Source of the DNA: a virus
Taxonomy: Duplodnaviria > Caudoviricetes
Direction: 5' to 3' (one strand)
Virus record (IMG/VR): IMGVR_UViG_3300017987_000113
Location: 1 to 54,287 of that record
Length of the DNA: 54,287 bases
Positions 37,256 to 48,113 of this stretch are shown here, one piece after another. Under the pieces are notes generated by a model that worked only from the letters and a program-made list of their open reading frames with translations, was not told where the DNA came from and ran no database searches. The translations under genes and the position numbers were made by a program. How positions within the stretch are numbered: the first letter of the stretch is position 1; every line of letters begins with the position of its first letter.

Positions 37256-37628
37256 AAAAGAAGTTTTTCTTCAGGAATTTTTCAATATTAATCCTGCAGG
37301 AGATCCTGAGAAATCCTTTAAGTTAATCAATAAAATTATTTCCAGACAAGAGAAAACCTTTGAGAATGAACTGATAACTTTTAAATATATCGTAAGCAGG
37401 TATAAAGAATATTGTTCCTGGTGGAAAGAAGAATACGGAGATGTTGAAGGTCGGTTTATAAAAAAGGATAGAGAGCTGCTTGAACCGTATCAATACCTCA
37501 GCACTGGAGCCTTTAAAAGAGCTTATAATACAAATCCTACTAACAGGAATTATTATTTATTCCTGAATCATACTCCCAAGCAGCTTAAATCAAGTCTGAA
37601 AGAATTTTTAAAGTCTATAAAGAAATAA
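37206..37628 (+). CDS. Hypothetical protein upstream of helicase (possible initiator/loader)
   Basis: Y..Y...W......RFIK.....PYQYL pattern recalling phage replisome-organiser C-termini; position. Confidence 0.4.
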   Translation: MLIKETKKIKPMSQDVKKEVFLQEFFNINPAGDPEKSFKLINKIISRQEKTFENELITFKYIVSRYKEYCSWWKEEYGDVEGRFIKKDRELLEPYQYLSTGAFKRAYNTNPTNRNYYLFLNHTPKQLKSSLKEFLKSIKK

Positions 37629-37630
37629 TT

Positions 37631-39034
37631 ATGGCTAAAAGAAAGAGAGATTTTTCATTTGAGCATGGCAGGCTACCTCCACAGGCGATAGAACTGGAAA
37701 ATGCTATTTTGGCTGTAATGATAAACTTTCCACAATTTATTGAAGAAGTAAAGTTTCTGCTAAGACCTGAAATATTCTATAAAGATCACAATCAAGTCTT
37801 ATGCAGAGAGCTGTTAAAGCTATATGCTAAGAATGATAGTTTCGATATTGCCAATATTATTAATCATCTGAAAAGAGAAGGACAGCTGGAGATTATAGGC
37901 GGCCCTTATTATATTACACAGCTCAGTAGCAGTATGATTAATCCTATGAATATCCGGTATAATACCATGATAGTCTTTCAGCAGTATCTTAAAAGGCGTA
38001 TGATAAATAAATTCGGAGAGCAAGCAATGGAGTGTTACAATGATATTGCCGATCCTTTCGATATTATGGATAATGTGGAAAGCTTTTTACATGAGATAGA
38101 TATATTCAGGGAGATTAAAAGCAGTTCTACCGTAGAACAGACTGTTAAAAGAACATTCAGGGATATATTTATTCGTGGAGAAGGAAATATTAAAACCTTT
38201 TATAGTACCGGCAACAGGCGATTTGATAATATTTTGAAGATATCGCCAGGCAATATATTTCTTATAGCTGGTGCTTCAGGTGTAGGTAAAACTAAATTCT
38301 CTACAAGACTTTTAAGACAGCTTTTACTCAGGCATAAGGATATTAGCGTGATGTGGTACTGTATGGAAGATCCGGATGATAAGATTATCCGTTGCTTTAT
38401 AAGCCAGACAGTATTGCTAACCGACAGCCAGTTGCTCAGTAAGAATTACAAGCTAACTCAAGATGATTTGCACCTGATCGTACAGGCCCGCAATGAATTC
38501 GATGATTATGATATAGATTTCGTAACCAAAAGTGATACTATCAAAAACATAAAAAAGAACTTCATTACCTTCTGTAAAAAAAGAAAGAAAAAGAAGAATA
38601 TGAATATTCTGGTTATTGATAATATTATGAAGCTGGCCGACAATCGTATTATAAGAAATCAAAATGAGGCAGATGATCATATAGCTGCTACTATACAGTC
38701 TATAGAAGAAGATACCCGTGATTATCGTAGCCTTATCATACCACTGCACCACTTTACTAAAGATACAGTAGCCAGAACTAATTTAAAAGAGGCATTCAGG
38801 CCCACCAGGGATCATTTAAGAGGTTCCGGAAGGTATTTTGATGCTGCTACTCAGGTAGCATTTATAAACAAGCCTGGCGTCTTTGAAAGGCTCGTATCGG
38901 ATATGCCCAGCTTTAAAAATGAACTGGAGTATTTATTTATTACAGAAATAGCTAAAAACAGAAACGATAAGTTGGGTATAGTACGGTGGTGGGCAGATTT
39001 TGGATATAATGTATTTCAAGAAATGGAACTATGA
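37631..39034 (+). CDS. dnaB: Replicative DNA helicase, DnaB family
   Basis: N-domain LPPQAIELENAIL, LRPEIFYK.HN; Walker A AGASGVGKT; VIDN; LRGSG; IAKNRN. Confidence 0.9.
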   Translation: MAKRKRDFSFEHGRLPPQAIELENAILAVMINFPQFIEEVKFLLRPEIFYKDHNQVLCRELLKLYAKNDSFDIANIINHLKREGQLEIIGGPYYITQLSSSMINPMNIRYNTMIVFQQYLKRRMINKFGEQAMECYNDIADPFDIMDNVESFLHEIDIFREIKSSSTVEQTVKRTFRDIFIRGEGNIKTFYSTGNRRFDNILKISPGNIFLIAGASGVGKTKFSTRLLRQLLLRHKDISVMWYCMEDPDDKIIRCFISQTVLLTDSQLLSKNYKLTQDDLHLIVQARNEFDDYDIDFVTKSDTIKNIKKNFITFCKKRKKKKNMNILVIDNIMKLADNRIIRNQNEADDHIAATIQSIEEDTRDYRSLIIPLHHFTKDTVARTNLKEAFRPTRDHLRGSGRYFDAATQVAFINKPGVFERLVSDMPSFKNELEYLFITEIAKNRNDKLGIVRWWADFGYNVFQEMEL

Positions 39035-39312
39035 AAGAACTCCGGAAGAATATTGTTGAGATAGTAGGTTTTAATATGCCTGCTGAAAGAGCTGAACTAC
39101 TTGCAGATTCAATTTTAACTATAATAAAAAACACATTAATGACTGAAATGACGCTTAAACATGGTGAGATTTTAAGTGAAGCTATGGACAAAATAATGGT
39201 ACTTGGCATAACTAAAGACCAATTTACAGCTATTGGCAAGATTATGTCTGATATTATTATTGATACCAATAATGCTACCGCTGAACATCTTGCTAAAACA
39301 GTAAAAACTTAA
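39031..39312 (+). CDS. Hypothetical protein
   Basis: ORF track. Confidence 0.55.
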   Translation: MKELRKNIVEIVGFNMPAERAELLADSILTIIKNTLMTEMTLKHGEILSEAMDKIMVLGITKDQFTAIGKIMSDIIIDTNNATAEHLAKTVKT

Positions 39313-39322
39313 AAAAGAAAAA

Positions 39323-40096
39323 ATGGCAAGCAAAAAAAGATCACAACAAGAAGATTTAATTTCTATACAGAAGTTTTATCTGGCAGCCTGGGATTTAGTA
39401 ACAGGTAAAATTAAAGAGAAACTTTCTCTGACAGAACTCGCAGAAAAGCCGGAGATAAATATGGCTACTCGCTACATTACCGGTCTTAAAGAAAAAGGAT
39501 ATATCAAGCAGGTAAAAAGAAACTCCTATGTTATGGATCGCCTGGTTGCTTTACCACCTGATGAGCATGAAGCTCGCAGAGTTGCAGATGATGTATATTG
39601 GTATGTTCAGGTGCGACAGAAAACTGGCAAAAAGGCTAACGATATAAAAGGTAATCCGGATCAAACTACATTGTCTTTAGATGAAAAGAGCCACCAGAGA
39701 TGGAGTAAAAATGAAGAGAAACAACTAAAAGAACATATTGAAGCTGGATATACTGCAGTTACAATAGCCTCATCATTAAACAGGAGTATCGATTCTGTTA
39801 AAGCTAAAGCAACCCGTATGGGTATTTATTCATTTTCTAAAAAGGATCCGGAACCCACTACTTCAGAAAAAACTGAAGAACCTACATCTAAAGAACATCG
39901 TGATAGGTATGAATTTGAAAGTGAAACATTCAATGTTAATAATCTTAATAGCTTGATTGATGTTTTTAATAAAAAAGGAGAAGAAGGCTGGTGTGTTATT
40001 GCTATAACTGAAACAAAACAAGTAGGAATAGACAACAACAATCAACCGTTTGTTCACAGAATATTATTCGTAATTTATATGAGGAAAAAAAAATGA
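39323..40096 (+). CDS. Multi-domain DNA-binding protein (wHTH plus SANT/HTH-like)
   Basis: LSLTELAE...LKEKGYIK; RWSKNEEKQL...IASSLNRSIDSVKAKA. Confidence 0.6.
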   Translation: MASKKRSQQEDLISIQKFYLAAWDLVTGKIKEKLSLTELAEKPEINMATRYITGLKEKGYIKQVKRNSYVMDRLVALPPDEHEARRVADDVYWYVQVRQKTGKKANDIKGNPDQTTLSLDEKSHQRWSKNEEKQLKEHIEAGYTAVTIASSLNRSIDSVKAKATRMGIYSFSKKDPEPTTSEKTEEPTSKEHRDRYEFESETFNVNNLNSLIDVFNKKGEEGWCVIAITETKQVGIDNNNQPFVHRILFVIYMRKKK

Positions 40097-40338
40097 GCGA
40101 ATTAACAATATATATAGATGAAAGCATAGTTTTACCTGATAATGATCAGTGGCAAAATCGCTTTGAAGTTAAATCCGAAACCAGCAACAGAGTTTATATT
40201 GTTTCTCAGCATAAGATCAAAAAACATTGGGCCTGTTCTTGCCCAGGCTGGAGAAGGCATCGTAAATGCAAACATTTAAGAGCTATTGGTGTACCAAGCC
40301 ATGAAGTTCCTTATGAAGCAAGAATATCAAAAAAATGA
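40093..40338 (+). CDS. SWIM zinc-finger protein
   Basis: WACSCPGW....CKH. Confidence 0.8.
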   Translation: MSELTIYIDESIVLPDNDQWQNRFEVKSETSNRVYIVSQHKIKKHWACSCPGWRRHRKCKHLRAIGVPSHEVPYEARISKK

Positions 40339-40880
40339 TATATCTGGTTACAGGCATGCCACGCTCTTATACAAGCATGGTAATGCGATTTCTATATGAC
40401 AATGGAGGGTATTGTCCGATTCAGGAAGAAAACCCGGATACTAAAGGAGAATACCCTAATTATGAAGACCTGCTCTTAAATAGTTTTGCCGGTGATCAAA
40501 ATCTATATGATCAGGTAGAAAAACACTTGCAGCAATATGATGATTATAGCAGAAATACTATTCTGAAGTCTCCGCTTATAGGTTTAAGATTACCTCAGAT
40601 AAGCAGAATGGATATCAGGAATGGTATATCTGTTATTTATGTTTTAAGGGATTTATATACCTGTATTAACAGTAACATCAATAAGAATAAAGGAAACTAT
40701 CAGGGATATGCTGTATTAAATCAACAGTTATATCTTTCAATTTCTTACTGTCCGTTTCCAATATATGTGCTGCTTTCAGAAAGACTGCTCGGTAAAAGAG
40801 AGCATACTGCAAAAACATTATTAAAGTTCTGTGGATTACACCCCAGAAATATTACTTACTCTGGAATAAAGTCAAATTAA
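40335..40880 (+). CDS. Sulfotransferase-like P-loop protein
   Basis: [12 protein letters not shown] (5'-PSB-like), LKSP and IYVLRD...S. Confidence 0.65.
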   Translation: MIYLVTGMPRSYTSMVMRFLYDNGGYCPIQEENPDTKGEYPNYEDLLLNSFAGDQNLYDQVEKHLQQYDDYSRNTILKSPLIGLRLPQISRMDIRNGISVIYVLRDLYTCINSNINKNKGNYQGYAVLNQQLYLSISYCPFPIYVLLSERLLGKREHTAKTLLKFCGLHPRNITYSGIKSN

Positions 40881-40891
40881 CAGTTATCTCT

Positions 40892-41188
40892 ATGGGATTC
40901 TTAGACGGTTATAAAACATACGATCCAGAAAGAGAAGGCTATGGAAATTCCCGCCAGTGGCGTAGAGAATTCTTTCACAGAATGAGTGAAGAAGATGCTA
41001 TAGGTATTTTGGATGATGATGATCCTTATGTTGTATTAGGTGTGCCACGAAATGCTACTAAGCAAGAAATTAAAAAAGCTTATCGCAAACTGGCTATGAA
41101 GTGGCACCCAGATAAGAATAGAGGCAATGAAAAATATGCGGAGAAAATGTTTAAGAAACTTAATGCTGCATACTCTTTAATCGGATAA
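40892..41188 (+). CDS. J-domain (DnaJ-like) protein
   Basis: DPYVVLGV...[18 protein letters not shown]...F..LN.AY. Confidence 0.92.
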   Translation: MGFLDGYKTYDPEREGYGNSRQWRREFFHRMSEEDAIGILDDDDPYVVLGVPRNATKQEIKKAYRKLAMKWHPDKNRGNEKYAEKMFKKLNAAYSLIG

Positions 41189-41380
41189 TATTTTGTATAT
41201 TTAATACTGGAAACCAGATGAAAATGTTTATTGATACAGAGAAAAAAGAAATAACCTTCATCGGAGAAGGCCTAACAGAGTTTATGCGTAAATCCGGTGG
41301 AAACTGCATAATGATAGATAATAGCTATAAGCTGTTATCTGCACCTGCAACTGGACTATTTACTTACGAAACAGAATAAC

Positions 41381-41668
41381 ATGGGAAAAATGAAAGAGAT
41401 CTATATGATCTTACACTCAAGAGATCCGGATTTACGGCCACCAACGGCGGATGAACCGTTATTAGAACACTATATATACGGATTAAAAGATAAGACAGAC
41501 GGCAAATATGCCCTGATGCTCAACACTCAGACTCAAGTAGTCTTTATTACACATAATCCCAAAAAGCCATCGAAGAAATTTCCCCATCTTAAGGTTTTAG
41601 GAACAGCAGATACTAAGAAAGAATTAGAATGGTTAAAATCACTTCTTAAACATGTAAAATACCGATGA
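41381..41668 (+). CDS. Hypothetical protein
   Basis: ORF track. Confidence 0.55.
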   Translation: MGKMKEIYMILHSRDPDLRPPTADEPLLEHYIYGLKDKTDGKYALMLNTQTQVVFITHNPKKPSKKFPHLKVLGTADTKKELEWLKSLLKHVKYR

Positions 41669-41892
41669 TAATAGAAACCTTAATCGTTAAAAGTGCGAAA
41701 GATTTATATTCACATGATCTGGATCTTGCTAATCCGGATATAAGTGGAATTACGAAAACTAAAAAACAGCAAAAAATAAAAGATATTCATTATCCTGGAT
41801 TTATAATTCACTATACCAGCGGACACAATGTTACAGTATATGATCAGCGTAATCTATGTGAGTTATGGAAAAAGGTAAAAAACCAAAAATAA
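41665..41892 (+). CDS. Hypothetical protein
   Basis: ORF track. Confidence 0.5.
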   Translation: MIIETLIVKSAKDLYSHDLDLANPDISGITKTKKQQKIKDIHYPGFIIHYTSGHNVTVYDQRNLCELWKKVKNQK

Positions 41893-43328
41893 TGGCAAAA
41901 ACATTTGATATCAGCTTAGACCTGAAAAATTACAAACTATTAAAAGATAAGGAATTTAATCTAAAAGGATTTAATGTACTTATCGTAGAGGGGCCTAACG
42001 AATCAGGTAAAACCTCTCTGAGAACAATGCTCAAGGAACAATGGACAGCCAGGAGCCTGACAGAAGAACCATTGACAACCGGTGAAGAACAAGGTACGGT
42101 AAAAGCTACCATTCCTGATAAACACGGTAATCCGATAACCATTATCCATAACTTTAATAAGTTCGATCAGAAAGGATCTTTCTATGCTATTGATGAAGAC
42201 GGCAAGCCTATTAAATCAGCAGGTAAGATAAGAGAGCTTTTAGGAGGCATAGAGATGCTTTCTATCCATGAGATATGGGAACATACCAAAAGCCTGCCAG
42301 GTATCCGTAAACTGCAGGATAACTTCCTTATGAAGTGTCTTACGGATGAGGAGATAAAAAAGCTCGACGCTATTGACAGCAGGATAAATCCTAACAGTGG
42401 TACAGCATTCTTAAACCGTAGGGATCTTGCCCGTGATAAAGTAAAACTATTACAGGCTGTAGAAAGTATAACAATTACCGAAGAACAGCAGCAGCAACTG
42501 GAGATTATTGAAAAGGTAGAAGCCAATGTAAAAGAGATAGAAACAGAACTGCAGCAGGTTGACCTGGTAGGGAAAGATATTGAACTGATACAACAGGCTA
42601 TTAAAACCCTGGCTGATGAAAAAGCAGCTATTCCTGATGATATTGTTGGTGAAAAAGCACGGCTCGAAAGATGGATTACCAGGCGTGAGGAAGAAATTAA
42701 GAAAGCGGAAGAAGATATCCGTAACTGGAAAGCTGAAATTGAAAGCAGTCAGAAAGAACTTGAAGTAGTTGAAGAAACAGCTAACAAAAGAATCGCTGAA
42801 ATAGACAAGGAGATAGCTATAAAACAGCAAAAAGTACCTAAAGACGTTGTAAGTAAAGATGCCCTGGAACAAAGACTTGCGAAAGGTAAAGCATTTCTTG
42901 AAGAAACTATAAGGATTAAAACTTTAGCAGAAGAAAAGAAAAGCAAGCAAGAGGAATTAACTAAGGTTACTGAGCAATGGAAAGAAGCTGATGAATCTAT
43001 AAGACTGGACAGAGAAACTAAGGCAGATATCCTGGCTAAAAGTAAACTGCCCGGAGGAATATCTATGGAAGAGGATGATATTACTATCAATGGCCTGCCT
43101 CTGAGGGAAAGTCAAATATCAGAAACTACTGTTAAGGTTGCTTTTATTGAGCTGGCCTGTCAGATCAGTGAAGGAAAGCTCATCGATGGTGGCAGTGCAA
43201 GTGATTACGGACATGAGCGATTAAAAGCTATTTCCGATATAGCCGGTAAGTATAACAAGCTGCTGGTACTGGAAAAGGTTAATGATGATATCGGAGAGGT
43301 AAGAATTGTAGGGTATATACATGAATAA
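41865..43328 (+). CDS. SbcC/Rad50-like coiled-coil ATPase
   Basis: LKNYK, Walker A EGPNESGKTS, long coiled coil. Confidence 0.75.
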   Translation: MEKGKKPKIMAKTFDISLDLKNYKLLKDKEFNLKGFNVLIVEGPNESGKTSLRTMLKEQWTARSLTEEPLTTGEEQGTVKATIPDKHGNPITIIHNFNKFDQKGSFYAIDEDGKPIKSAGKIRELLGGIEMLSIHEIWEHTKSLPGIRKLQDNFLMKCLTDEEIKKLDAIDSRINPNSGTAFLNRRDLARDKVKLLQAVESITITEEQQQQLEIIEKVEANVKEIETELQQVDLVGKDIELIQQAIKTLADEKAAIPDDIVGEKARLERWITRREEEIKKAEEDIRNWKAEIESSQKELEVVEETANKRIAEIDKEIAIKQQKVPKDVVSKDALEQRLAKGKAFLEETIRIKTLAEEKKSKQEELTKVTEQWKEADESIRLDRETKADILAKSKLPGGISMEEDDITINGLPLRESQISETTVKVAFIELACQISEGKLIDGGSASDYGHERLKAISDIAGKYNKLLVLEKVNDDIGEVRIVGYIHE

Positions 43329-43521
43329 TATGGCTGATAAAGTTATAATAAGAGAAGTTATAATTAAGGTTAAGATAAATCCTGATACACAATTTGCTAA
43401 TTTAAGTGTTACTCACAATAACCTATCTCCTCTTGAAGCTATAGCATATTTGGAACACGCAAAAAATATAATAATAACCGGGAGTAAAGGCGAAAGAACA
43501 ATGCCTCCTTCCATAAACTAA
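43321..43521 (+). CDS. Hypothetical protein
   Basis: ORF track. Confidence 0.5.
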   Translation: MNNMADKVIIREVIIKVKINPDTQFANLSVTHNNLSPLEAIAYLEHAKNIIITGSKGERTMPPSIN

Positions 43522-43526
43522 ATAAC

Positions 43527-44093
43527 ATGGGAACAAAATCAAAAGTAGTATCCTCCAAGCTGATAGATACCTGGCCAGCTCAGGATGGTGGAAACATGTG
43601 CACCTTCGAAATAGAATTTGAAGATGGTACAAAGGGTAATTATTACATTTCTGAACAGTATAAAGGTAAAATGCCTTTTACCGTAGGCAGAGAGGTAGAA
43701 TACACATCTTCCAAAAACCAGAAAGGAGATGTTAAGATTAAATATGTTAAACCTCCGCAAAAAGGCAGATCTTCTTATAATGATCCGGTAGCTGTTAGAA
43801 AGACAGCTATGAGTGTAGCTCAGTCTGCAGCTATAGATGCACTGATTCATATCGATCAGTTATCTGTAAGCTATGCAAGGTCTACAGCTGAATACTTCTT
43901 TAAATGGATCGTTAAAGTAGCTGAGGACAGAGATACTGTATCTATCCGCTGGAATAAGGTGTTAGATGCAGTAAAAATGATGCCTGCATATATTACCGTG
44001 AAAGTAAGCGAGCCAGATGATATTAATCAGGAATTGGCTAAGGTGCTTAAAAATGCTGAAGAATTTTATAACCAGGTACAGGCTGTAACATGA
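43527..44093 (+). CDS. Putative OB-fold ssDNA-binding/recombination protein
   Basis: Beta-rich N-terminus (FEIEFEDG...FTVGREVEY) and helical C-terminus; lies between ATPase and nuclease. Confidence 0.4.
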   Translation: MGTKSKVVSSKLIDTWPAQDGGNMCTFEIEFEDGTKGNYYISEQYKGKMPFTVGREVEYTSSKNQKGDVKIKYVKPPQKGRSSYNDPVAVRKTAMSVAQSAAIDALIHIDQLSVSYARSTAEYFFKWIVKVAEDRDTVSIRWNKVLDAVKMMPAYITVKVSEPDDINQELAKVLKNAEEFYNQVQAVT

Positions 44094-45184
44094 AAGCTGA
44101 TATATGGGATACGTTTCCGGACAGAAAGAAAACTAAACCGGAAGAAACTAAACCAGCTGGGCCGATACCTCCGAAAGAACCAACAGATAAAGCTATTGCT
44201 GATACAGCAGAAAAGCCAAACATTGTTATTAAGAAAAAGGAGAAGCGACAGTTTTTCCTTACCCAGACTCTTACTAAAGAGATTAATAACCATTATGGTG
44301 AAAAGAAAGAAGTCTGTGCCCGCAAGATACGTGGTATATATATCACCGGAGAATACAAAAAGCCTAAAACTCCTCCTATGAATGAAGGCCATTTCTTTGA
44401 AACATTATGCCTGGGATCTGGCAGAGGTGGTAAGAGAGTAACTGAATTGCCCAAGCATAAGAGAACTGGTAAGAAACTTATCAATCAGGAACGCTTAGAG
44501 ATGCAAGCAGCACGTTTTCCTATTCTATGTGAAAAACATATGATTAATGTTATTCCTGGTGTTAATACTCAGGTTCCGATAACCCGTAAGCTGAAAGATG
44601 GAATCTACTGCAGAACAGAAATGGATATATTTCCTACTACAATAACTGTTTTCAATGAAGAAACAGGGAAGTGGGTCTTATCACCTGCAGTAATAGATCT
44701 GAAAGCTACTGGAGATATTACCAATACACATGGAGATTGGTGCTGGGGATCACCCTCTTTTATAGATCATGCTCAGGGAGACATGACACACTGGCTGATC
44801 AGAGAATTTGATTATGAACTGAATGCTCAGATGAATCCGGAATTTGAAGAAAGGATAGGATATAAAAACGTCTTTACCGATTTTATACAGCAGGTTATCA
44901 AGGAGGATATGGTAAGGTTTTTCTATATGGTTTTTGGTTATAAAGTAGCTGACCTTACAGATCAATTCAGGCTGTTTGAAAGAACTTATCGGGATCCTGG
45001 CAATAATAATAACAACCGACCTAAAGAATGGATAGAACGCATGAAAAGCACTATCCGTGAACTCCACTATATGAAGGAGGCCAACTGGCCTTTTAATGCT
45101 TCTGAAGAACTATGCAAGAATTGTCCTCTCAGCTCTGAAAATGGAGGGGATTGTAATGACTATAACAAAATAACACAAGTATAA
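44090..45184 (+). CDS. PD-(D/E)XK exonuclease (RecB/Cas4-like)
   Basis: M..G..FE, TEMD, VIDLKATG, Q..., C-terminal CKNCP...C plus N-terminal C. Confidence 0.7.
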   Translation: MKADIWDTFPDRKKTKPEETKPAGPIPPKEPTDKAIADTAEKPNIVIKKKEKRQFFLTQTLTKEINNHYGEKKEVCARKIRGIYITGEYKKPKTPPMNEGHFFETLCLGSGRGGKRVTELPKHKRTGKKLINQERLEMQAARFPILCEKHMINVIPGVNTQVPITRKLKDGIYCRTEMDIFPTTITVFNEETGKWVLSPAVIDLKATGDITNTHGDWCWGSPSFIDHAQGDMTHWLIREFDYELNAQMNPEFEERIGYKNVFTDFIQQVIKEDMVRFFYMVFGYKVADLTDQFRLFERTYRDPGNNNNNRPKEWIERMKSTIRELHYMKEANWPFNASEELCKNCPLSSENGGDCNDYNKITQV

Positions 45185-46080
45185 TGGAAACATTTGATTT
45201 TACTAAAAAAGAAAAAGTAAAAACTATTGATTATGGATTGCTGCAACAATCAGCAAAACTTCTGGATGCTTCCCGTATGCCTCCACGTAACAGGCCACTG
45301 GAACATTATGAACTTATTGATCAGGTAGGAACACTGCTTGATAAAAATTCTCTGGACGTTACACTGCAAGATATCTGGGTATCTTATGCAGGAGCACGTT
45401 TTTCAGAAAGTGCCTCTACAAAACAGGCAGACGGAGATATTGATCGCTGGCACTTTAACCGGCTGGTAACTATGTATAAGATCAACAACGAGGCTAACGA
45501 TAATGATACTGGTGCTGTAGCTATCGGTTATACGGAAAATGGTATTCAGATAGCCTGGGGCACTCAGGTAAATATTTGTCAGAATATGAGTATTTTCGGC
45601 AACTGGGTTATCAGTACCTATGGCAAGAATTCTATTCAGGACTTAGCTAAGATATTTACGATCTTAAATGCCTGGGCACAGCGTTTCAGTATTAAAAGGG
45701 AGTTTGACCATATGATCTTTAACGAAATGTCTACTGTAGATTTTGGAGAGCTGGCAGCTACCAATGCTATCGGAGAATTATATACCAATGCAGTACATAA
45801 TGTTATTGATAAAAAGATTGAAGCTCCCCTGAATACCGACCAGATTTCTGCTATTACAAAGATGTATATTAAAGAGCCTAACAAGGATAATATCAGCCTG
45901 TATGATTTTTATAATTATGGCACCAATACCCTAAATCCTGGTGCGAAGAAAATAGATATATCTGTTATCTATGATCGTAATCAGATGTTTGGATTGTTCT
46001 TGCTTAATATGTTTGGTATAAGACAAAAGATTGAGCAAGATCAGCGTTTCGACGAACTTTTATATCATAATCAGTTATAA
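45184..46080 (+). CDS. DUF932-like protein
   Basis: H.ELI, IQIAWG..V.IC.N motif, LYDFYN..T. Confidence 0.55.
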   Translation: METFDFTKKEKVKTIDYGLLQQSAKLLDASRMPPRNRPLEHYELIDQVGTLLDKNSLDVTLQDIWVSYAGARFSESASTKQADGDIDRWHFNRLVTMYKINNEANDNDTGAVAIGYTENGIQIAWGTQVNICQNMSIFGNWVISTYGKNSIQDLAKIFTILNAWAQRFSIKREFDHMIFNEMSTVDFGELAATNAIGELYTNAVHNVIDKKIEAPLNTDQISAITKMYIKEPNKDNISLYDFYNYGTNTLNPGAKKIDISVIYDRNQMFGLFLLNMFGIRQKIEQDQRFDELLYHNQL

Positions 46081-46230
46081 TGGATCACACCAAAATCAGC
46101 GTTGTAAAGTTTAGGGGTCTGGAATGGTATTACTATCCGGATTCCTTTACTTTACATTTATGCTCAGATCCTACATACAGTGTGCCATTAACCGTAGAAG
46201 ATTATTCAACAATACAAAAACAAATAGATA

Positions 46231-47643
46231 ATGAGTGAACAAAAATTTGGAAAGTACAAATGCTCAGACTGTGGCCATGTTTATGATGATATAGGCGAAG
46301 GTCGTTGCCCTAAATGTAAAAGTACCGAAATAAGGCTAAATACTACTAAAAAGGATGAGCCTAAAAAGAAAGAAATCAGAGAAAAAGTAGAACAGCCAGA
46401 TATGTTTGGTAGCCAGGAAACAATACTGAAAAAACCTGTAACTAAAAAGGGTGCTTACAGAATGTACTTATGTGCTGAATGCGGTGCCATTATAACTGAA
46501 CAGCAAAAGCCTGATACCTGTCCTGTAGCTGGTTGCAGCAGTACTACAATTTATCCTTTAACTTCTGATAATAAAAAGAAGGTAATTGATAGTGGTGTTA
46601 AACCGTGGAAATATGAAGATGGTATGGTTAAGCCTGGTGAAAAGCAAGAATGGATATGTGATAAGTGCCATACTTTATTTAAAGCAGAAAAGCATATTGA
46701 AACATGTCCTTTTGAGGGTTGCAATGGAGGTACAAGTATATGGACTCAGGCTAATATAGACAGGCATATAGCTTCAGGTAAACCTGCATTTAAAGTTAAT
46801 AAAGAAACCGGTGAAGTAACCGATATACTTAAAGGTAAAACTTTAGGTGGTGTCGGTGTAGATCCTAAAGAGATACCTGATGAAGTTTCTGAACCAGATC
46901 CAGATCCAGTTAAGGATGATAGCTGGAAACTTGAAAAAGACAAAGCTATTAAAGATGATACTCCGGATGAATCAACAGAAAGTGCAATTGATACTACAGA
47001 GGAAACAGTGGATGATGAACCAGTGGAAGAAAAATCCTATGAACAAATAGTAAAAGAAAACAATGAACAGGCGGGTGATGAAAATATTACTATAGGTGCT
47101 GATAGCGTAACTGAAACAACTACCGGCTCCGGATTAGCTATATCACATAAGGGTAATATGAACTTCTTTACACAAATGGAGAAATACCTGGGCAAAGGAT
47201 TAAAGTCTATTACTATTACTGTTCAAAAGAACCTTAATGAACTTACGGTTGTCTTTCTTCCTGTATCTGCAGCTGATGATCCTGCTACACACAATTTTAT
47301 TCCATTAACCTTTACTGATACTGCAGAAAAACTGGACAGCGATTTCTTAGATGATATTGCCTCTCCTATGGAGAAAGTAACAGATTTCTGTAACAATGTA
47401 AAAGCTTTTGAAGACCAGCTTAAAGAAAAAGAGAAACAAACTAAAAAAGCTAAGGATGAGAAAGAGAAAAAGGAAAAAGAATACAAAGCCCTTATATCCA
47501 AAGGCGATAAAGCCATGGAAGCGAAAAAATACCAGGATGCTCTCGGACACTACGGAAAGGCCAAAAGCATTAAGGATACAAAAGAAGTTAAAGAGAAAAT
47601 TGATAAAGCCAGCAAAGGTGGCCAAAATACTATGAACCTATGA
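46231..47643 (+). CDS. Zinc-ribbon repeats fused to PRTRC system protein E-like domain
   Basis: Three CxxC...CP motifs, acidic linker, then MNFF...LTVVFLP....DPA...IPLTFT.TAEKLD..F...I..P..., ending in a TPR-like helix pair. Confidence 0.7.
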   Translation: MSEQKFGKYKCSDCGHVYDDIGEGRCPKCKSTEIRLNTTKKDEPKKKEIREKVEQPDMFGSQETILKKPVTKKGAYRMYLCAECGAIITEQQKPDTCPVAGCSSTTIYPLTSDNKKKVIDSGVKPWKYEDGMVKPGEKQEWICDKCHTLFKAEKHIETCPFEGCNGGTSIWTQANIDRHIASGKPAFKVNKETGEVTDILKGKTLGGVGVDPKEIPDEVSEPDPDPVKDDSWKLEKDKAIKDDTPDESTESAIDTTEETVDDEPVEEKSYEQIVKENNEQAGDENITIGADSVTETTTGSGLAISHKGNMNFFTQMEKYLGKGLKSITITVQKNLNELTVVFLPVSAADDPATHNFIPLTFTDTAEKLDSDFLDDIASPMEKVTDFCNNVKAFEDQLKEKEKQTKKAKDEKEKKEKEYKALISKGDKAMEAKKYQDALGHYGKAKSIKDTKEVKEKIDKASKGGQNTMNL

Positions 47644-48113
47644 TAATTACAATAGACGTAAGCGAACTTCATGTTTCAAGTGGAGAGCTTGAAAAACAAC
47701 TTATAAAAACTATCAAAAGAGAGGTTGTTGCTCAGATAAAAAAAGACACCGAAAAACAGATAGAAGATACTATCCAAAGAGTTGTAAAGGAAGATGTAAG
47801 AAAAACTATTTACCGAAAAGCACAACGATTTGTTGCAAAAATATTAGACACTACCAAATTCTCAAAAGATGGTTATAGCGATTCAAAAAGAGAATTAAGC
47901 CTGGAAGAATATATTGAGCATAAAATTCATGCTGATCGAAACTGGAATAGTCCAAAAGAACATATTGATAAAAGGGCAAAAGAAATTGCTGATGAACTTA
48001 AAAAGAGATATGATCTTCTGTTTGCTACCCAAATAGTATCTAAGCTTGAGGACAAAGGATTGTTAAAAGAAAATGTAAAACAATTAGTTGATACATTAAA
48101 TCAGAAAAAATGA
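47640..48113 (+). CDS. Hypothetical protein
   Basis: ORF track. Confidence 0.6.
   Translation: MIITIDVSELHVSSGELEKQLIKTIKREVVAQIKKDTEKQIEDTIQRVVKEDVRKTIYRKAQRFVAKILDTTKFSKDGYSDSKRELSLEEYIEHKIHADRNWNSPKEHIDKRAKEIADELKKRYDLLFATQIVSKLEDKGLLKENVKQLVDTLNQKK

Noticed and set aside
44090-45184. Cas4 acting as adaptation module for the RAMP locus
   Set aside because: It is ~11 kb away in a recombination gene context; such nucleases are common in phages and no linkage is evident.
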